From Amoebidium appalachense (lineage: Eukaryota; Protista; Ichthyosporea), in assembly GCA_963693365.1 (NCBI GenBank), contig CAVNZM010000004.1:12242468-12306467 (forward strand): a stretch of DNA of 64,000 nucleotides. Direction: 5' to 3'. The position numbers were made by a program, and so were the translations under genes. Of this stretch, positions 41,621 to 64,000 are shown one piece after another (within the stretch, counting starts at the first letter, position 1; each line of letters begins with the position of its first letter). The notes beneath the pieces are model-generated. The model saw nothing but the letters and a program-made list of their open reading frames with translations, had not been told where the DNA came from and made no database searches.

Positions 41621-43909
41621 GTCGAATGTGGCTGGGCCTCCGGCAGTGTCCACGCAATAAAAAGTGTGTAAACCCACAAGTAGACGCCCGCTGCGATAGC
41701 AGCGGGCAGCTTGCTACTATAAATAGTACTTTCTCGAAAACAAATACGATGTTTTCGTTATCTAACTTCTAGGAAATTTGTGACGTCACTTCGTTTTTGC
41801 CCACGGACATGATGGCCGCGGCCGCCGCCGCCACAGCGGGCTGGCCGCCGCCGTGCGCGCCGCGCGGCAGCCGCGTACCGGTGCATATGTTTCCGAGTCG
41901 CAAATGACCGGACATTATACATCCATGATCCCCCAGAGATGGATACATATATCATGCAACATATCATGTTAGCAGCCAACTTATACCCACCTTTCAATCA
42001 TCAGTTAGGCCTGTCGCACGCTTATCGAGCGAGTCGAACACGGGGGAGAGGCAGCAGCAGATGACTGACTGATCAGGCCGTCACATGTTACATGTACACC
42101 TGTGCACACTCGGGTCGGCTGGCGGGTCGTGCCCTCGGAATGCGGCATCCTGGGCAGTGGCACTGGGTGCCTGAATCATGACGACATTTTGAACCGCTGT
42201 TCGCGTATCTGTGAGATTCTGTGTTATAGCCGTTGTATATTTTTCAAAGGAAATAACTGGACATCCCTGTAAGAGAAACTCAATCATCCCTTTTGCGTGC
42301 CAAATTGCCGAGTTGATGGTACCTGTTGATGGTGGCAGCGCTTTTTAGCCTGTGGATACCGCGCGTGCACGTGATCCGCCGAGTCCGAGTCGATCCATCA
42401 GCGTGAGCTCACTAAGGGGAGATTATAGCTATGAAGCAAAGTCAAAGGCTTATAAATTATTACTAAGCTGCAGGCACATAGCTAAACAAAATCAATTGAA
42501 TATCATAAAGAATATGAAAGACTAAACGATTCATTGGACACCGTGATGACTGGAAACGGATAATGATCATGTCAAGACAAAGAGGGCCCGGCACGTGCGC
42601 CGCCGATCTTTTATATCTTCTGCGCACGCACACCGAGTGCCACGCTGATAACACGCCTGACACTGTCAGGCTGTCAGGGTGCGAAATCGCACCACTGCCC
42701 TGCAGCAGCTGAGCTGCTGATCCCTGCTGATCAAACATCAAATGTGCTGCCGAGGCTCCCTCTGCGGAGTCCGTGTCACCATCAGATTCAGTATAAATAA
42801 CATAACTGAGGCCACTGTCTGACTGTGAGCAGGCTGAGCCTCATGAGTGCCTGCGGCTGCAGAGGTGTAAGGCTGCGGCCGTATTGAAGCAGTAGACAGC
42901 ACTGATGGTGGACAAGTTGGTGCACCCATGACTGCCGCAGCCTGACTGTGTCCAGCGGAACGGTTGCACTACACTCGGAGCAGCATTCAAACTGGGTCCA
43001 GGACTCCGAGGCAACCAAGTTCCCGCTTAGCCTACCTAAGCAACTATAATAAGACAAGGTTAGTCCTTTTAATCCGTCACTCAGTTCAACATCACATCCA
43101 GTGACTGTCGCCTAGGTCAGACCGGCGCCGGGCCGCGCCGCGGATCACTACTAATATTAAACACTTACAGTGTGTCACTGACATGGCAGACCTGATCAGG
43201 GGCTGGCAGGCCGAGCAAGTTACTAATAGGACCCCAGTATCGGATACCATTCAGAGTCGAAGCCAAGTCTTCAAGTATAGTGCTTCATACTATGCTCCGA
43301 GGACGTTGCAGACAGAAAGTTTAGTTAGGCTTGGTCTTAGTCTAATACCTGGGACTAACACCTAGTAGGCTCAGAATTCTTAGGCCTACGACTAGGGTTT
43401 CCAAGCTGCGGCGCTGGGAACCTGGCAGCCTCGGAGAGGCAGCCTGGCTCCGACCCGGGTCTTCCTCCCCCCCCCCCCCCCCTCCCCCCCCCCTCCCCCC
43501 TCCTCCCCCTCCCCCTTTCTGTGGGACACCCCCAACCCTCCCCCCGGCAACCCTACGCTCAGTGGCTACACATCATCGTCACACACACGGTTCCGTCGGA
43601 GAAAAGAAGTTTTTTAAATTACGAGTCGGGCGGGGTTTTTTGAACTTACACACAGTACTGTGACTGCTTTAATTTAGTATTTTTTTTTCCTGCCTCCCCC
43701 TCTCCCCCCCCCAAGAGCGACTCTTCTTTTCTTTTCTTTTCTTTCTGAAGGGTTTCTTTTTTGGTTGGTTGGTTGCCGGGGAGCCTCAGGCGGGGGGGGG
43801 GGGGGGGGGGGGGGGGGTCTTGTTAATTGGGGGGCCCGGCGGGTTTATTTTCCCTCCTATTTTTTTTTTTTTTTTTTTTTTTGGCTATCCAAGCTTTGCT
43901 TTTTGTGGG

Positions 43910-43940
<31 letters not shown>

Positions 43941-43970
43941 TTGGTTGCAGGGTGGGTGGGTCACTGGTGG

Positions 43971-44005
<35 letters not shown>

Positions 44006-44424
44006 GGGGGTCCCTGTTTGCTAACGGGGCCCCGGCGGTTTTTTTTTTCCCTTTATTTTTTTTTTTTTTTTTTCTTTGCTTTTTGTTTGTGGGGAGGGGA
44101 GGGGGGGGGGGGGGGGGGGGGGGGGGTCACTCATAATCACTGGATGTTCATTTTTTATTTTTTTGTTGCGGTTGGACTCTGCCTAATAGGTGGGGTGTGT
44201 TTGGGGTGCCAATTTTTAATTTTTAATTTTTTTTTTTTTTTTACCCCTTCAACAGTGCACGTGTTGTGACAGTTGGTGTCGATGGCCGTGGTAGTGGTGG
44301 TTACTCAGTAAAGTATGTGTGTGTGTCTGTGAGTGTGTGTGTCACAGTGTGTGTGTGTGTGTGTGTGTGTGACTGTGTCACAGTGTGTGTGTGTGTGTGT
44401 GTGTGTGCCAGTGTGTGTTGTGTT

Positions 44425-44466
<42 letters not shown>

Positions 44467-44602
44467 CACCCCTTTACCTTGTTAAGTTTTCTTTATTTTT
44501 TTACTTAAGTTTTTTTTCAAGGATTTTTTTTTCCAAAGTTTTTTGGGGGGTGGTGGTTGTTTGTGCACGGTGTGTGTGTGGGCAGGCGGGCAGGCGGGGG
44601 GA

Positions 44603-44642
<40 letters not shown>

Positions 44643-44654
44643 CTGTTTGGGGTG

Positions 44655-44723
44655 GCCTGCAAGGAATTTTTTCTTTTCTTTTCTAAGATCTCCAAGGCTT
44701 CCAAATCTTTCTTTTTTTTTTTT

Positions 44724-44754
<31 letters not shown>

Positions 44755-44908
44755 GGGGGGGAGGGGGGGGGGGGAACCGGACCGCTTGTTTATGGTGCAA
44801 GTTTTTTTTTTTTTAGTTTTTTTTTTGTGTGTGTGTGTGTGTGTGTGTGGTGTGCGGGGCGGGGGGAGGGGGGGTTGTTTGGGGTTCTTTCCTTCTTTTT
44901 TTTTTTTT

Positions 44909-44962
<54 letters not shown>

Positions 44963-45348
44963 GGGAACAACTTGTTACTTGGACCTGCCGCAGTGCACTT
45001 TGAAATCCTACAATCCACTGTGAGTCTCAGGCCCAGAAAGTGCACTAATCGCAACAATCTCAAATTGCTGCCATGCGCACCCACACAGACATTATTACGA
45101 ACCAACCATCTCAGGCCATTAAAAGCAATTGCTTTTTCATTTGCATTCCTGCACAGGCCGCTGGCAATGATCGCCTTAGCAATGCAGCATATGGTATATG
45201 ACGGTTTCCTTCGAACTTCTTTGAACTGCCAGATACATCCTAAATACGTAGCAATCCTCAATGGTTGGCAACCTAAACCTGCAAGGAATTTTTTCTTTTC
45301 TTTCTAAGATCTCCAAGGCTTCCAAATCTTTCCTTTTTTTTTTTTTTT

Positions 45349-45403
<55 letters not shown>

Positions 45404-45439
45404 GGGGGGGGGGGGACCGGACCGCTTGTTTATGGTGCA

Positions 45440-45503
<64 letters not shown>

Positions 45504-45554
45504 TGTGCGGGGCGGGGGGAGGGGGTTGTTTGGGGTTCTTTCCTTTTTTTTTTT

Positions 45555-45612
<58 letters not shown>

Positions 45613-45634
45613 CGGACCGCTTGTTTATGGTGCA

Positions 45635-45709
<75 letters not shown>

Positions 45710-45768
45710 TGTGCGGGGCGGGGGGGAGGGGGGTTGTTTGGGGTTCTTTCCTTTTTTTTTTTTTTTTT

Positions 45769-45807
<39 letters not shown>

Positions 45808-46117
45808 AACAACTTGTTACTTGGACCTGCCGCAGTGCACTTTGAAATCCTACAATCCACTGTGAGTCTCAGGCCCAGAAAGTGCATTAATCGCAACAAT
45901 CTCAAATTGCTGCCATGCGCACCCACACAGACATTATTACGAACCAACCATCTCAGGCCATTAAAAGCAATTGCTTTTTCATTTGTATTCCTGCACAGGC
46001 CGCTGGCAATGATCGCCTTAGCAATGCAGCATGTGGTATATGACGGTTTCCTTCGAACTTCTTTGAACTGCCAGATACATCCTAAATACGTAGCAATCCT
46101 CAAAGGTTGGCAACCTA
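44655..46117. repeat. Recent tandem segmental duplication (2 x ~620-840 bp) with a nested triplicated subunit
   Basis: cctgcaaggaatttttt..agatctccaaggcttccaaatc occurs at ~44657 and ~45278. A ~310-bp unique block occurs at 44967-45277 and 45808-46118 with only a few substitutions. The subunit accggaccgcttgtttatggtgcaag(T)n(GT)n.. occurs three times (~44776, 45416, 45611). Confidence 0.93.
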
Positions 46118-46814
46118 AATCCTTAAAAGAAATTTTCACAATACCCTACTACTGTAGTCATCAATTCGTGCATACATTCAAATTTCATCAAAAAACCATT
46201 TCATAAACAAGGCAAGTGCCATCAAGTCTGAAAATTAAGCACCCAAGACTGAGTAATATTCCATAATGAGAAGTTATTGTTAATGCCCCTGGCACTGAGT
46301 CTCATCAACTAGCCTATGATGAAGGCTTAAGTTACGGATTGATTGGCACCATACTCAACCCGGCAGCACGGGTTACTCAGCACACAGCCATCAAGCTCAG
46401 CCAACAATCCTTCTTTTAACAGCTAGTGTGCATGAACAAACTTTAAAGCACCGCCCAGTGGCGGTCAGGCCTTGCTATTTAGCTATGCACTTCACCCTTT
46501 GGCCTAGTCTAGTGTAGCAGCAATCCAAAGCTCTGTGTTCAGCAGGGTATTGTGTGCGAGCGACATTAAAGACTCGCGGAAGCGGATCGTCGTGCGTGTA
46601 GAGGAGGGGAGGGAGCAGCTGAGGATTGATGACACAAAAAGCAGGTGGAGGTATGGTGCTAATGGATGTGCACTTGAAAGCTGTGTGTGCACACGCATGG
46701 TATACGTGATGTGCGCTAACATGTATGGTATGTGTGTGCCTTACACGTGTATATATGCAACGTGTGTATGGCGTGTGTACGTCAGAGTTTGCTAATATTA
46801 GCCGCTGAGGAGAA

Positions 46815-46852
<38 letters not shown>

Positions 46853-46871
46853 TTCAACGCTAAGAAGGGCA

Positions 46872-64000
<17,129 letters not shown>

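Overview
Eukaryotic genomic DNA, intron-dense and full of microsatellites and homopolymers. It is probably from a unicellular holozoan; this is inferred from the tyrosine-kinase, SH2, PLC-gamma and bHLH-PAS content. Almost all ORFs in the supplied track are repeat artefacts. By hand-splicing GT..AG exons with consistent phases I recovered three minus-strand genes. (1) <1..28032: a PLC-gamma-like protein (PH-EF-PLC_X-nPH-SH2-SH2-...-cPH) with a tyrosine-kinase-fold domain where PLC-gamma normally has its SH3; both the PLC-X box and the kinase appear catalytically dead. (2) 29497..36571: a complete bHLH-PAS-PAS transcription factor of about 729 aa with an atypical basic region. (3) 46872..>64000: the C-terminal part of a nardilysin-like M16A metallopeptidase. 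Mobile DNA includes a Penelope-like RT fragment, a 5'-truncated LINE with poly(A) tail, and a PIF/Harbinger (Tourist-like) MITE with TAA TSD. A dispersed repeat sits in introns of all three genes in sense orientation. It has a covarying stem and all three hammerhead-ribozyme core strands, but in an order matching none of types I, II or III. Introns also show a consistent pattern: poly-C just after degenerate donors and (CA)n abutting acceptors.
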